Shown piece by piece: positions 21,000 to 30,120 of a DNA stretch of 64,000 bases. Made by a program: the position numbers and the translations under genes. The notes below the pieces were generated by a model. It was given only the letters and a program-made list of their open reading frames with translations, searched no databases and was not told the origin of the DNA. The stretch's first letter is position 1; each line of letters starts with the position of its first letter. Location: assembly GCA_963806225.1 (NCBI GenBank), contig CAWDXG010000001.1:1152001-1216000 (forward strand). The letters run 5' to 3'. The DNA is from an uncultured delta proteobacterium. Lineage in GTDB: Bacteria > Myxococcota_A > Polyangia > Polyangiales > Polyangiaceae.

Positions 21000-21521
21000 C
21001 TACCCGCGCCCCGCGCCGAGCACCACGCCGTGCTGCCAGCGGGACTCGGGCCAGCCGCTCCTGCCGCGGGCTTTGTGGAGCTGGTCGAGGTAGGCGATGA
21101 CGGAGCGGGGGCCTTCACCCAGTCTGACCAGCACGCTGCCGAGCACAGTGCCGGTGCGTCCGCGGCCGCCGACGCAGTGCACCACCAGCCCCTCGCCGCG
21201 CTCGAGCGAGGCGAGCACGAGCTTCACCGCCTGCTCGACGCGCGCGAGCTCGCCCGGCGGATCGCGCGGCGGACCCCCGTCGACCAGATCCTCGAGATCG
21301 ATCGTTCCGAGCAGCCGCACCGGATCCGGATCGTAGCGCGCGGGCGCGTCGAGACACACGACGCCGCGCACGCCGGCGTCGTACAGCGCCTGCCAGTCGT
21401 CGCGCGTGCGGTACATCGGGTACTCCATCCCGAACAGCGGCGCGGGGGCGGCTGCCACGCAGTACAGCTGACGGGGCGTCTCGAAACCAGGAACGGTGGG
21501 CATGTCGGCGAGGGTGAGCAT
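21000..21521 (-). CDS. Dual-specificity / protein-tyrosine phosphatase family protein
   Basis: VVHCVGGRGRTG active-site loop. Confidence 0.85.
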   Translation of the reverse strand: MLTLADMPTVPGFETPRQLYCVAAAPAPLFGMEYPMYRTRDDWQALYDAGVRGVVCLDAPARYDPDPVRLLGTIDLEDLVDGGPPRDPPGELARVEQAVKLVLASLERGEGLVVHCVGGRGRTGTVLGSVLVRLGEGPRSVIAYLDQLHKARGRSGWPESRWQHGVVLGAGRG

Positions 21522-21590
21522 GTGGCGATCCTACGCGGAAGGCGGCATGAGGATTGCGCAGCTCGCCTCGCCGCCTGACGATGCCACCCC

Positions 21591-21803
21591 TCACGCCGCC
21601 AGCTTCACGCGCTCCGCCGGTATCTCGATGTCCTGCGGGGGAGTCGGGGGAGGCAGCTCGACGCGGACGCGGAGCAGGCGGCGACCCTTCCAGCCTATCG
21701 GACCGCGATCCTCGACGACCACTCCGACAAAAGGCTGGCCGACATACGTGAACTCCACCTTGGAGCCGACGGTGATCTCGCTAGCTTTGGCCTTGCGCCG
21801 CAT
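21591..21803 (-). CDS. Small hypothetical protein (SH3/KOW-like beta barrel)
   Basis: ITVGSKVEF...GVVVEDRGPIG...LLRVRV; 12 bp downstream of the HEPN gene. Confidence 0.5.
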   Translation of the reverse strand: MRRKAKASEITVGSKVEFTYVGQPFVGVVVEDRGPIGWKGRRLLRVRVELPPPTPPQDIEIPAERVKLAA

Positions 21804-21815
21804 GTTCCAAACCTA

Positions 21816-22390
21816 TCACCAGGGAGCCTTGCCCACCACGTCGACGAGGCGCTCGTGCACGGCGGCGTCGAACGAACGCGAAAGCCCGTTGCAGGCTGAG
21901 CGCCACGACCGGACGGTGCCGAGATGCAGTGCTGGGTCGCCTCCCACTCTGTCCCAGTCCTGGTGGGCAATGGCGTTGCGCCAGGTGTTCATCTCCTCGA
22001 GGCGCGCCCGCCGCGCGACGTTGCGGGCGTCGTGGACGCCGACGCGAGTCCAGAGGTCCATGCCGAAGCGAAAGAAGTCGGCTCCCAGGTTGCCCGGGGT
22101 CGGGTTGCCGCGGTCGAGCTTCCTCCCCCGCATCAGCGCGGTGCCGAGCATCTCTGCCATGTCGATTGGCTGCGTTTGGGCCATGAGCACGTCCACTGCC
22201 TCCGAGTGCAGGCTGCGGCAGAAGCGCTGGAAGTGGGACGAGAGCAGCATGGCGTAGGCATGGTTGATTTGTAGCGTTGCGTATCGCCGACCTTGACCCG
22301 CGACACCGACGGCCCGGTGCGCCGCCTCGATCTCGTCGAGCGCCCGGGCGGCTTCGACCGACCAGGCTTGATACGCGGCGGAAGCGGTGC
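21816..22390 (-). CDS. HEPN-domain protein (RiboL-PSP-HEPN-like); start codon uncertain
   Basis: Rx4H motif RNAIAH, LLSSHFQRFC, GNPTPGN; frame stays open upstream of the listed ATG. Confidence 0.7.
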
Positions 22391-22415
22391 AGCTCGAAAG
22401 TGTCGTAGCGCATCG

Positions 22416-22643
22416 CTACTCGATCTCCTCGCCACAGTGCGGGCACTTGCGGTGGGTGCCGTGGCGTTGCTGGTCTTCGAGGAAGGCGGCGCCGAGGATG
22501 CCGGTGGGGATGGCGAAGAGGCCGATGCCGAGCAGTGCGACGCTGCCTGCGAGCAGGCGGAAGAGGCGCAGGATCCACACAGCGCGCAGGTCGAGCCCCA
22601 CGAACGGCAGATAGAACGGGTGGCGAAGGTCGGGGATGCCCAC
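22416..22643 (-). pseudogene. Voltage-gated K+ channel (ion transporter) remnant, internally deleted
   Basis: PFYLPF..DLR..ILRLFRL joined to GIGLFAIPTGIL...CPHCG; pore region absent. Confidence 0.7.
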
Positions 22644-22725
22644 CCCCGCCGCGCTTCGCGCGGCCGGCTTGTTCCACCCGGAAGTGTGGATCCGGGCGCG
22701 GTGCTCCGGACCTGGCGCTTGTCTT

Positions 22726-23484
22726 CTAGCTGGTGCTCACCAGCGCGCGTGACCGCGCGTGCGCGCGCCCTGCGCCTTTGCGCGGCATCTGGTCCCACGT
22801 GCGGCCATCGAGGAGCCGGCCGGCCTTCTTCTTGTTGGTGCCGCCCCATTGCTTGAAGAAGAAGGGCACGCGCGCGGCGCGGCACTGGTCGCGCAGATCG
22901 ACGACCCACTGTGGATCCACCGGGCGCGCGCGCGGGCCGGATTCGCCGCCGACGATGACCCAGTCGATGCCGCGCAGGTCGAGGTCGTGCAGCGGGCCGA
23001 GCAGGGGCTCGAGCGAGAGGAACCTGATGCGCGCGCCGGTTGTGCGGAGCTGTTCGATGCGGCCGCGGTAGCGGTCGCTCTCGACGCTGACGCCCATCCA
23101 GATGTTGGGCGCCCAATCGAGCGCGGGCGCCAGCTCGGCAAGGCGCTCGGCGCGCTTGGTCAGGACCTGGAAGCGGTGCCAGTGCGCCCTGGCCATGACG
23201 TCGAACACGCGCTGGATGTAGGGGAGCGGTACGCTCTCGTGGAACAGATCGCTCATCGAGTTGACGAAGACGGTCTGCGGCTTCTTCCACCTGAGCGGCA
23301 GCTCCAGCATGTGCGGCTGCAGCGTGACGGCGAAGCCGCGGGCGTAGTTGGGCTGGCCCATGGCCTGCAGTCGCGCGGCCATGCGCTCGGCGTAGCAGTG
23401 CTTGCAGCCCGGACTGATCTTGGTGCAGCCCGTCACCGGGTTCCACGTGGCTTCGGTCCATTCGATGCCAGAGCCCTGCGCCAT
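22726..23484 (-). CDS. DUF5131 (phage Gp37/Gp68) family protein
   Basis: [63 protein letters not shown]. Confidence 0.93.
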   Translation of the reverse strand: MAQGSGIEWTEATWNPVTGCTKISPGCKHCYAERMAARLQAMGQPNYARGFAVTLQPHMLELPLRWKKPQTVFVNSMSDLFHESVPLPYIQRVFDVMARAHWHRFQVLTKRAERLAELAPALDWAPNIWMGVSVESDRYRGRIEQLRTTGARIRFLSLEPLLGPLHDLDLRGIDWVIVGGESGPRARPVDPQWVVDLRDQCRAARVPFFFKQWGGTNKKKAGRLLDGRTWDQMPRKGAGRAHARSRALVSTS

Positions 23485-23495
23485 CAACGCGCTCC

Positions 23496-23594
23496 CTACG
23501 CAGCCAGATACGTGTTCAGGATGTCGAGCTTCTGCGTGGTCCAGCTGCCGCTGAACCGATGACTCTTCCCACCCCGCTGTCCCCGCCTCGTCAT
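23496..23594 (-). pseudogene. Three-Cys-motif partner protein (TcmP) N-terminal remnant
   Basis: Own translation [32 protein letters not shown], directly upstream of DUF5131. Confidence 0.65.
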
Positions 23595-23663
23595 GCTTCG
23601 GAACTGTACTTCTGTTCAGCCGTCTGTCCACAAGAAATCGGCGGGAAATCGGGATTTCTGCCC

Positions 23664-24177
23664 GCCGGCAACCACGAGCGCATCGGCTTCGTGTTCGACC
23701 GGCGCGCGGCGGTGTTCACGGGGCTGGCGTCGAACATCCACGCGCCGCGCACGCGCGAGCGGCGGCGAGTACGTCGCGACGCCCAGCTGGTGGCGCGCGC
23801 CCTACATCGCCTCGTTCCGCGCCGGCAGCTTCGACTTCGATCTCGCTCGCCGCGCACATCCGCTGGGGCGGCGACGGCAAGCCGGGCGAGCAGCAGCGGC
23901 TCCCCGAAATCCGCCTGCTGGCGGACTGGGTCGCGAAGCGTGCCCGAGCCAACCGCGACCTGATCGTCGTCGGCGACTTCAACATCCCCAGCACCGACAG
24001 TCCCCTGTACCAGGCCATCACCGCGCGCGGCCTGCGCATGCCCAGGGCGCTGCTCGGCGAGCACGGCTCGAACCTCGAGCGGAACAAACGCTACGACCAG
24101 ATCCTGCATCTCAGCGGGAGTTCACGTACGAGATGAGCGACCACTTGCCGTTGTGGGTGCAGGTCCGGACGGGGTGA
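23664..24177 (+). pseudogene. Endonuclease/exonuclease/phosphatase (EEP) family fragment, copy A
   Basis: [37 protein letters not shown]; frameshifts and 5' truncation. Confidence 0.78.
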
Positions 24178-24237
24178 ACCACGTGATTTCGACGGCGCAA
24201 GAGTCTCACGCGTGAATCCGACGGTATGCTTCAAGCC

Positions 24238-24417
24238 ATGGCAACCGAGTACGTCGTAACCAAGCAGGTCAACAAGGACAGCACGGGAGAAGGGCTCCCG
24301 GTGACGCCCCCGGGCGGTTCGGGATGGAAACTCCACTCCGTCTTCCAGACGAACACGGGGAACCAGTTCGCATTCGTGTGGGAGCGCGAGGCGCCGGACC
24401 CGCAGACGACCGACTAG
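24238..24417 (+). CDS. Small hypothetical protein
   Basis: MATEYVVTK...GWKLHSVF...FAFVWER; short ORF only. Confidence 0.35.
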   Translation: MATEYVVTKQVNKDSTGEGLPVTPPGGSGWKLHSVFQTNTGNQFAFVWEREAPDPQTTD

Positions 24418-24495
24418 CGCTACCGCCGCTCGGACTGCGGGGGCACCGTGCGCGTACCTGTACACGTTGACGCCGCGCGTGTGACGTTGGCGAGA

Positions 24496-24780
24496 TCACA
24501 GAGCTGCTTGTACGAAGGCGGCGTGCAGGCGGGCGGATTCGGCAACGGTGTGGAAGATCACGATTACCGGGCCACCCGCGGCATCCTCGAGCTCGGGCCC
24601 GACTGGTCGGAGCTGACGCAGCAGCCTGCGCTGGTCCTTGCCATCGGCGTTGAATACTTCCAGCGTGCGTTCGCGTCCGTCGTAGTCGCCCACCAGGTCC
24701 GGGGGGCCCGCCCACCGCACGGGCCGGCCTTCCATCGATTCGCGAACGCGCACCAGCAAGTCTTGGCGGGACCGGTTCAT
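24496..24780 (-). CDS. Hypothetical protein
   Basis: 94 aa ORF with plausible composition (GDYDGRERTLEVFNAD). Confidence 0.45.
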   Translation of the reverse strand: MNRSRQDLLVRVRESMEGRPVRWAGPPDLVGDYDGRERTLEVFNADGKDQRRLLRQLRPVGPELEDAAGGPVIVIFHTVAESARLHAAFVQAAL

Positions 24781-24786
24781 TCGCCA

Positions 24787-24831
24787 CGCCGCCGACGACG
24801 ACCCAGTCGATGCCGCACAGGTCGAGCTCGT
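24787..24831 (-). repeat. Short duplicated piece of the DUF5131 gene
   Basis: Encodes DELDLCGIDWVVVGG; matches 22944..22988. Confidence 0.7.
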
Positions 24832-24845
24832 CCGGAAATGATTGT

Positions 24846-24864
24846 TGTCCATTAGTAATGGACA
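24846..24864. promoter_or_regulatory. Perfect inverted repeat (candidate AbiEi operator)
   Basis: TGTCCATTA-G-TAATGGACA just upstream of the antitoxin-like gene. Confidence 0.6.
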
Positions 24865-24883
24865 TGCTAGAAGTCCGGACAAC

Positions 24884-25931
24884 ATGGGAGAGACGCCGCG
24901 GAAATCGGGGCAGCGCGACGAAATGGTCCAGGCGTGCCTGGGCGCTATCAAGGCGATCGGACGCTCGGTACGCGCACGACTGGTCGAGCCACGCGGGCGC
25001 GAACAGGGTCCAGGCCGACGCCGAGCTGGTCGTGGATCTGCACGGTAGGTCCGAGAGCTTCCACGTCGAGATCACGCGAAGCCATCTTTCCTACGCGAGC
25101 GCTTCGGGGTTCATCGAGCAGGCGCGTCGCGGCAAAGGCAACTGGATGCTCTTCGCCCCGTACGTACCAGCGAAGATCGGGCGTCACCTTGCTGAGAACA
25201 AGTTGAGCTATGCGGATGCGGTTGGCAATTGTCACGTCGAAGTGGCGGACGCGCGCGGGCTGATCGCGCATGTCGAGGGACGAAAACCGGTACAGGCGGG
25301 CGCTTCGACGGCCGGTGTGCGCGTTCCCACCTACCAGCTGGTGTTCGCCCTCCTTGCCCGGCCACGTCTCCTCGAAGCGCCCGTCCGCGATATCGCCGAG
25401 GCAGCGGGGATCGGCAAGAGCACTGTATCGGCGCAACTGCGACGGCTCGAGGACCAGGGGCTTGTCGATCGCAAGCGCGGGCTCATCGTGCGACGGCGCG
25501 AGCTGCGCGACCGATGGTTGTCCGTCTACCCGGACGCCGTGAGGCCCGCGTGGTTGATCGGGCGCTTCCGTCCGCAGATAGCCGACCCGGAGGAGCTTGA
25601 ACGCCGGATCGAAAAGACGTGGGGGCAGCAGACGTGGGCACTCGGAGGCGGCGCTGCGGCATGGCGGATGTCCCGCTTCTATCGCGGGCCGGACACGGTC
25701 CTCCACGTGCACTCGATGCCGGCGGAAGCGCTCCGCAAGCTGCGCGTTGTCCCCGATCCCCGCGGCGCGTTGACGATTCTCCGGACTCCGGGGGCCATCG
25801 CCTATGAGGGCCCTGAGCCCCACCTCGCGCACCCGCTGCTCGTGTACAGCGAGATGATGTGCTCGTCCGAACCGCGAATGCGCGAAGCGGCGGCCCAGCT
25901 CGCTGAGCGCTTTCTGGAGCTCGACCAATGA
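24884..25931 (+). CDS. Type IV TA AbiEi-like antitoxin with wHTH (probable frameshift near the 5' end)
   Basis: YADAVGNCH, VRDIAEAAGIGKSTVS HTH, WALGGGAAA, LAHPLLVYSE. Confidence 0.75.
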
Positions 25932-26686
25932 GCGGCTTGACCGAGGCACAGCGGGATGCGTTGCGCACGCTGCAGCGTGCATACCCCGATGCGCGTATCG
26001 CCCTCATCGGGGCGGCCGCGCTGGGTCTGCGTCTCGACATGCAGTGGCGGAACACGGCCGACCTGGACTTCGCGATCGCCATCGGCGCCTCGGACATCGA
26101 TGCGGACAAGCTGCGTACCTGGAAACGTCATGCCAAGACCGAGCACAGGTGGACGACGTCCGACGGCGTCATCGTAGATCTGGTCCCAGCTCCGGATGAA
26201 GCTGTTGTCGCGGGCAAGCTGATCTGGCCGGAAACGGGCTTCGAGATGAATCTCGTCGGTGTCCGGCAGGCGCTGGAGTGCGACCTGCTGTCCGTCGCAG
26301 AGGACGTCTCGGTTCGCGTGGCGACGGTTCCCGTTATCGCTCTGCTGAAGATGGCAGCGTATGTCGATCGGCCCCATGCGCGCGAAAAGGATCTCGTCGA
26401 CCTCGGACACATCCTGGATGACTATCCGGACCTGGACGATGATCGTCTCTACGATGCGTCGGCGGAGACAGGTCTCGGTGTTCCGGACGTCCAGGGCTAC
26501 GTTCTTGGCCGGGAGATGCGTCAGCTTGCAGACGAGCGTGACCGGAAGGTGGTAGATGACTTCCTCGACATGATGAACGAAGACGAGCACTGGAGCGGCT
26601 TCGTGAGGAACAGCCCGTGGCGCTACGATGAAGACCAGGCCCGCGGACGGCTCGATGCTTTCACGCAGGCCTGGCGCGAAAGCTGA
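25928..26686 (+). CDS. AbiEii-like nucleotidyltransferase toxin
   Basis: LIGAAA, RNTADLDFA, VDLVP, LLKMAAYVDR...KDLVD; ATGA overlap with the antitoxin. Confidence 0.78.
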   Translation: MSGLTEAQRDALRTLQRAYPDARIALIGAAALGLRLDMQWRNTADLDFAIAIGASDIDADKLRTWKRHAKTEHRWTTSDGVIVDLVPAPDEAVVAGKLIWPETGFEMNLVGVRQALECDLLSVAEDVSVRVATVPVIALLKMAAYVDRPHAREKDLVDLGHILDDYPDLDDDRLYDASAETGLGVPDVQGYVLGREMRQLADERDRKVVDDFLDMMNEDEHWSGFVRNSPWRYDEDQARGRLDAFTQAWRES

Positions 26687-26769
26687 TCTGACCCCCAGTG
26701 ATCGGCTATGCGCTCTCGCAGGTCGGCGTAGCCGCGGTCCGGCGCTCGCGACCGCTCCGCGCCTTGCGG

Positions 26770-26930
26770 GGCATCTGGTCCCACGTGCGTCCATCGAGGA
26801 GCCGGCCGGCCTTCTTCTTGTTGGTGCCGCCCCATTGTTTGAAGAAGAAGGGCACGCGCGCGGCGCGGCACTGATCGCGCAGATCGACGACCCACTGTGG
26901 ATCCACCGGGCGCGCGCGCGGGCCGGATTC
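26770..26930 (-). repeat. 161-bp near-identical duplicate of the DUF5131 3' region (22784..22944)
   Basis: About 3 mismatches by eye; fused to the abiEii fragment. Confidence 0.85.
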
Positions 26931-27259
26931 TTCACCCGCGTGTTCTGCCGCGGTCGCGGCAGGGTGTAGGCGTGGAGCTTCTCGGCAATGTGCGCGCTCC
27001 TCGGATACACCCGGTGCCCCGGCGGATCGATGCCGTCGTTGGTGGTTCTCGCTCGTGCGAGCCGGAGCTCCAGCGCGAGCCCACCCTTGGCGACGGCCCG
27101 GTCGCCGAAAGTCTGGAAGATGCGGGCCAGGAAGCGATCGAACACCAGGAGCTGCCGGAAGCGGTTGACGGGAACGGCGCTCGCTCGTGCGGCGGACCGG
27201 ATCCGCCGCTCCGGAGCGTGCTTGAACGCTTCGGGGCTCGCGTAGCTACGAACGTCCAC
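26931..27259 (-). pseudogene. Second AbiEii toxin, internally deleted
   Basis: YASPEAFK...FDRFLAR...KGGLALELR..ARTT.D joined to YP..HIAEKLHAYT...NTRVK. Confidence 0.8.
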
Positions 27260-27831
27260 GACGTCCTCGACTGCCTGACGTGCCGCGGACCTCGTCGCGC
27301 GTGAACAGTCCGCGTCGGACGCCCTGGCTGGTCGCCTGGCGGACGATGTCGGGGCGCACGGCGCCCGCCGCGCAGTCGCGGACCGTGCGCAGCGGGCTGG
27401 TCACGCGGACCGGGCCCTTCCACGTCGTCTCGCGTTTCGGGATGTCGGCGAAGTGGAGGAGCGACGCCGTCGGGAACGCGAAGCCGTCGCTTCGACCACG
27501 CAGCGGGAAGCGTCAGGTGCAGCCTGGACGACAGCGCGTCGGAGAGCCCGTGCAGCGCGAGCGCCGTCTCGTGACTGAACACGCCGCGACGCTCCGACCA
27601 CAGCCACACGGGCACCAGATCCTCCTCGTCGGTCACGGGGAAGTTCACCAGCCGGAAGATGGCGCGTCCGGTGCGCTCGATGCGTCCGATGCGGGCGTGG
27701 TAATGCAGGAGCGGTGCCGAGAACCCGGCGCCCGCCGCGTCTGCCAGGGTGAAGTAGCCACCCTGGGCCGCGGCCAGCTCGTAGAGGCCGTTCCAGTCGG
27801 GACGCTGGCCTTCGGGCGACAGTCGGGGCAC
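27256..27831 (-). CDS. Second AbiEi antitoxin (frameshifted)
   Basis: LYELAAAQGGYFT, IFRL, VFSHETALALHGLSD, VTSPLRT. Confidence 0.8.
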
Positions 27832-27866
27832 GCACGAAAATTAAATCCTATTTAATGTTTGTGCAA
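27832..27866 (-). promoter_or_regulatory. Leaderless promoter inside an imperfect inverted repeat (candidate AbiEi operator)
   Basis: TTGCAC-17 nt-TAATTT-6 nt-GTG; GCACGAAAATTAAAT-cct-ATTTAATGTTTGTGC. Confidence 0.6.
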
Positions 27867-27883
27867 GCGACCGAGCTGCGGAC

Positions 27884-27923
27884 GGGTGGCGACGCCGCTG
27901 TCCGCCGGCGGCGGTCGCCACCC
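27884..27923. repeat. REP-like hairpin repeat, copy 3
   Basis: GGGTGGCGACGCCGCTGTCCGCCGGCGGCGGTCGCCACCC; near-perfect stem with one bulged base. Confidence 0.75.
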
Positions 27924-27925
27924 GC

Positions 27926-28258
27926 GCCGGCAACCACGAGCGCATCGGTTTCACTTCGATCGGCTCGCCGCCCACATCCGCTGGGGCGGCGACGGCAAGC
28001 CGGGCGAGAAAGAGCGGCCTGCGCATGCCCAGGGCGCTGCTCGGCGAGCACGGCTCGAACCTCGAGCGGAACAAACGCTACGACCAGATCCTGCATCTCC
28101 CCGCGGAAGCCCGCCACTTCACCGGCCTCGGCGGCACGATCGACTTCTACACGGGCGGGATCGCGAAGCTGTTTCCGGGGGAAGGACTCGGCAAGCGCGA
28201 GTTCACCTACGAGCTGAGCGACCATTTGCCGTTGTGGGTGGAGGTGGCGACGGGGTAG
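27926..28258 (+). pseudogene. EEP family fragment, copy B
   Basis: Same 5' breakpoint as copy A (GCCGGCAACCACGAGCGCATCGG), different internal deletions, SDHLPLW end. Confidence 0.78.
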
Positions 28259-28378
28259 GGCGCGGCGGATCGGGTGGACAGCTGGCGGCGAAGGCGTCAC
28301 GCGCTCCGCGTGCAGCGCCATCAACCTTGCCTAATCCGCCGGAGAAACCGCTCCAACACCGCCGCTCTGCCCCCATCT

Positions 28379-29512
28379 TCAGTCCGTCCAGCCGGCGGCG
28401 ATGGCGCGCATGTCGCGCGTGCTGAGCCGTAGGATCTCGGCAGCGCGGCTCAGGCTGATCTGCTCTTCCTCCACCGCACGCCGCACGAGCCGCGCGAGAC
28501 GATCCTCCATGAACAGGCCCTCGGGCAATCGCGCCGGTTCGCGCGCGACATTGGCGGCCGGTACGCCGTTGCCGAAGTCCTTCTCGTCGAGCGGGCTGGG
28601 TTCCTCCTTGCGACCAGGGACCGTGCCGTGCCGCCGCTTGTAGTCGCGGAAGAACTTGCGCCAGATGCCGTCGTCGTTGCTGTTCTGCTGTACCCGGTAG
28701 AGCACCGTCTTGTAGCTGACGTGGAACATCTGCTTCAGCTTGAAGACGCGCTCGACCAAGGGCAGACCGCGCGCCTCCTGCCACTCCTGCTCGAAGATCG
28801 CGTTGGGCATCAGGAAGTGGCTCGCAAACTGATCGGCCTCGGCTTCCTGCTGTTTGTCTTCCGAGGATTCTTCCACGTCGAAGGCATCCAGGTGCATGAG
28901 CAGGTGGCCGAGCTCGTGGGCGGCGCTGAAGATCCAGCGCTCGACCGTGATGCGCTCCCACGTGTTGACGACCACGGCGGGCCCGCCCGATTCGGCGCCG
29001 ACGGAGAGGCCGAAGAAGTGATCGGACTGCACGCGAGGTCGGTACACCTTGACGCCGTTGTCCTCCAGCAGTCCGCAGATGTCGCGGATGAGATCGCCAT
29101 CGAGCTTCAGCTTCTTCCGCGTGCGTTCTGCCAGGGCGACGGGGTCCTTGGCGTCGGCGCGTCGCCCGAGCGTGAGACGCGGCTCGAGCCTGTCACCTAG
29201 TAGCTCCTCCAACTCGTCGTAGTCGTCGAGCCAGCGCGCCACTTCGCCCAGCACCTGGGCTCGCCGGCGCAGTTGCTTGTCCGCGCGGAAGCGCACCGCG
29301 TGCAGCTCGCGCGCCGGGCGCAGCAGGTCCTCCGTGCGCGCCCCCAGCGCTGCTGCCAGCGCCATCAGGGTGCGCCCCCGCGGTTCGCTCTCTCCCGTCT
29401 CCAGCGCCCGATAGGCCTGTCGGGAAATCCCCGCCTTTTCAGCTATTTGACCCTGCGACCACCCCCCGGCAGTGCGGAGACGGACCAGGTTCGACGAGAG
29501 CGTCGTTGCCAT
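28379..29512 (-). CDS. XRE HTH + ImmA/IrrE Zn-metallopeptidase fusion
   Basis: N-terminal HTH (WSQGQIAEKAGISRQAY), ERWIFSAAHELGH (HExxH), EAEADQFASHFLMP. Confidence 0.9.
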   Translation of the reverse strand: MATTLSSNLVRLRTAGGWSQGQIAEKAGISRQAYRALETGESEPRGRTLMALAAALGARTEDLLRPARELHAVRFRADKQLRRRAQVLGEVARWLDDYDELEELLGDRLEPRLTLGRRADAKDPVALAERTRKKLKLDGDLIRDICGLLEDNGVKVYRPRVQSDHFFGLSVGAESGGPAVVVNTWERITVERWIFSAAHELGHLLMHLDAFDVEESSEDKQQEAEADQFASHFLMPNAIFEQEWQEARGLPLVERVFKLKQMFHVSYKTVLYRVQQNSNDDGIWRKFFRDYKRRHGTVPGRKEEPSPLDEKDFGNGVPAANVAREPARLPEGLFMEDRLARLVRRAVEEEQISLSRAAEILRLSTRDMRAIAAGWTD

Positions 29513-29534
29513 GTGCTCCCTCCAGGCTAGCTGG

Positions 29535-29566
29535 TGTCATCTTGACATGGATTGATGAAATGACAA
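29535..29566. promoter_or_regulatory. Candidate operator / divergent promoter
   Basis: TGTCA-tct-TGACA palindrome and a further ATGACAA half-site in an AT-rich intergenic region. Confidence 0.5.
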
Positions 29567-29606
29567 GTTAGGCTGCACGGGCTCGTGGCCCGGGAAAGGA
29601 ACGAGC

Positions 29607-29753
29607 ATGGCCAAGTCGAACGCGAACAAAGTCAGCGGCAGGAAGGCCGCATCAGCAGCCGCCAAGACCCTCAAGAACCCGAAAGCAACGAAGGCAGAGA
29701 AGACCGCGGCAGGGTCTGCGCTCGCCCAGCGGCCGAAGGGCGGGAAGAGGTAA
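29607..29753 (+). CDS. 48-aa basic Lys/Ala-rich peptide (below ORF-track cutoff)
   Basis: AAGGA RBS; MAKSNANKVSGRKAASAAAKTLKNPKATKAEKTAAGSALAQRPKGGKR. Confidence 0.65.
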   Translation: MAKSNANKVSGRKAASAAAKTLKNPKATKAEKTAAGSALAQRPKGGKR

Positions 29754-29757
29754 GCAG

Positions 29758-30120
29758 ATGGAGAACTCGAATCGAAAATCCTCCAGCATCGTCGACGGGT
29801 TGATACGGGCCGGTATCGCTTTCGGCGGCGCTCTCGTGATCGGCCGGTTTCTCGGCGCCTTGCTCGAGCCGGACGACATGCCGAGCGAGCGCCGGGTCCT
29901 ATCCGCGGCGGAATGCGACGAGATCGCCCGACGCGACGGGTGGTGCTGCGTCTATTGCGGGGTGCGAGTGACGCGCAAGACGCGCCACATCGATCACGCT
30001 GTCAGTCTGGCGAACGGTGGTTCCAACGACTGGGACAACCTCGTTACCGCATGCAGCGCGTGCAACCTCAGCAAGGGCTCGTTGGACGCCGACGAGTTCC
30101 TGCGGTTGGCAGACTGGTAG
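29758..30120 (+). CDS. Small HNH endonuclease with N-terminal hydrophobic segment
   Basis: RDGWCCVYCG, HIDHAVSLANGGSNDWDNLVTACSACNLSKG. Confidence 0.85.
   Translation: MENSNRKSSSIVDGLIRAGIAFGGALVIGRFLGALLEPDDMPSERRVLSAAECDEIARRDGWCCVYCGVRVTRKTRHIDHAVSLANGGSNDWDNLVTACSACNLSKGSLDADEFLRLADW

Noticed and set aside
17866..27923. Integron attC interpretation of the hairpin repeat
   Set aside because: No RYYYAAC...GTTRRRY core sites, too short, and no IntI visible; kept only as a REP-like element
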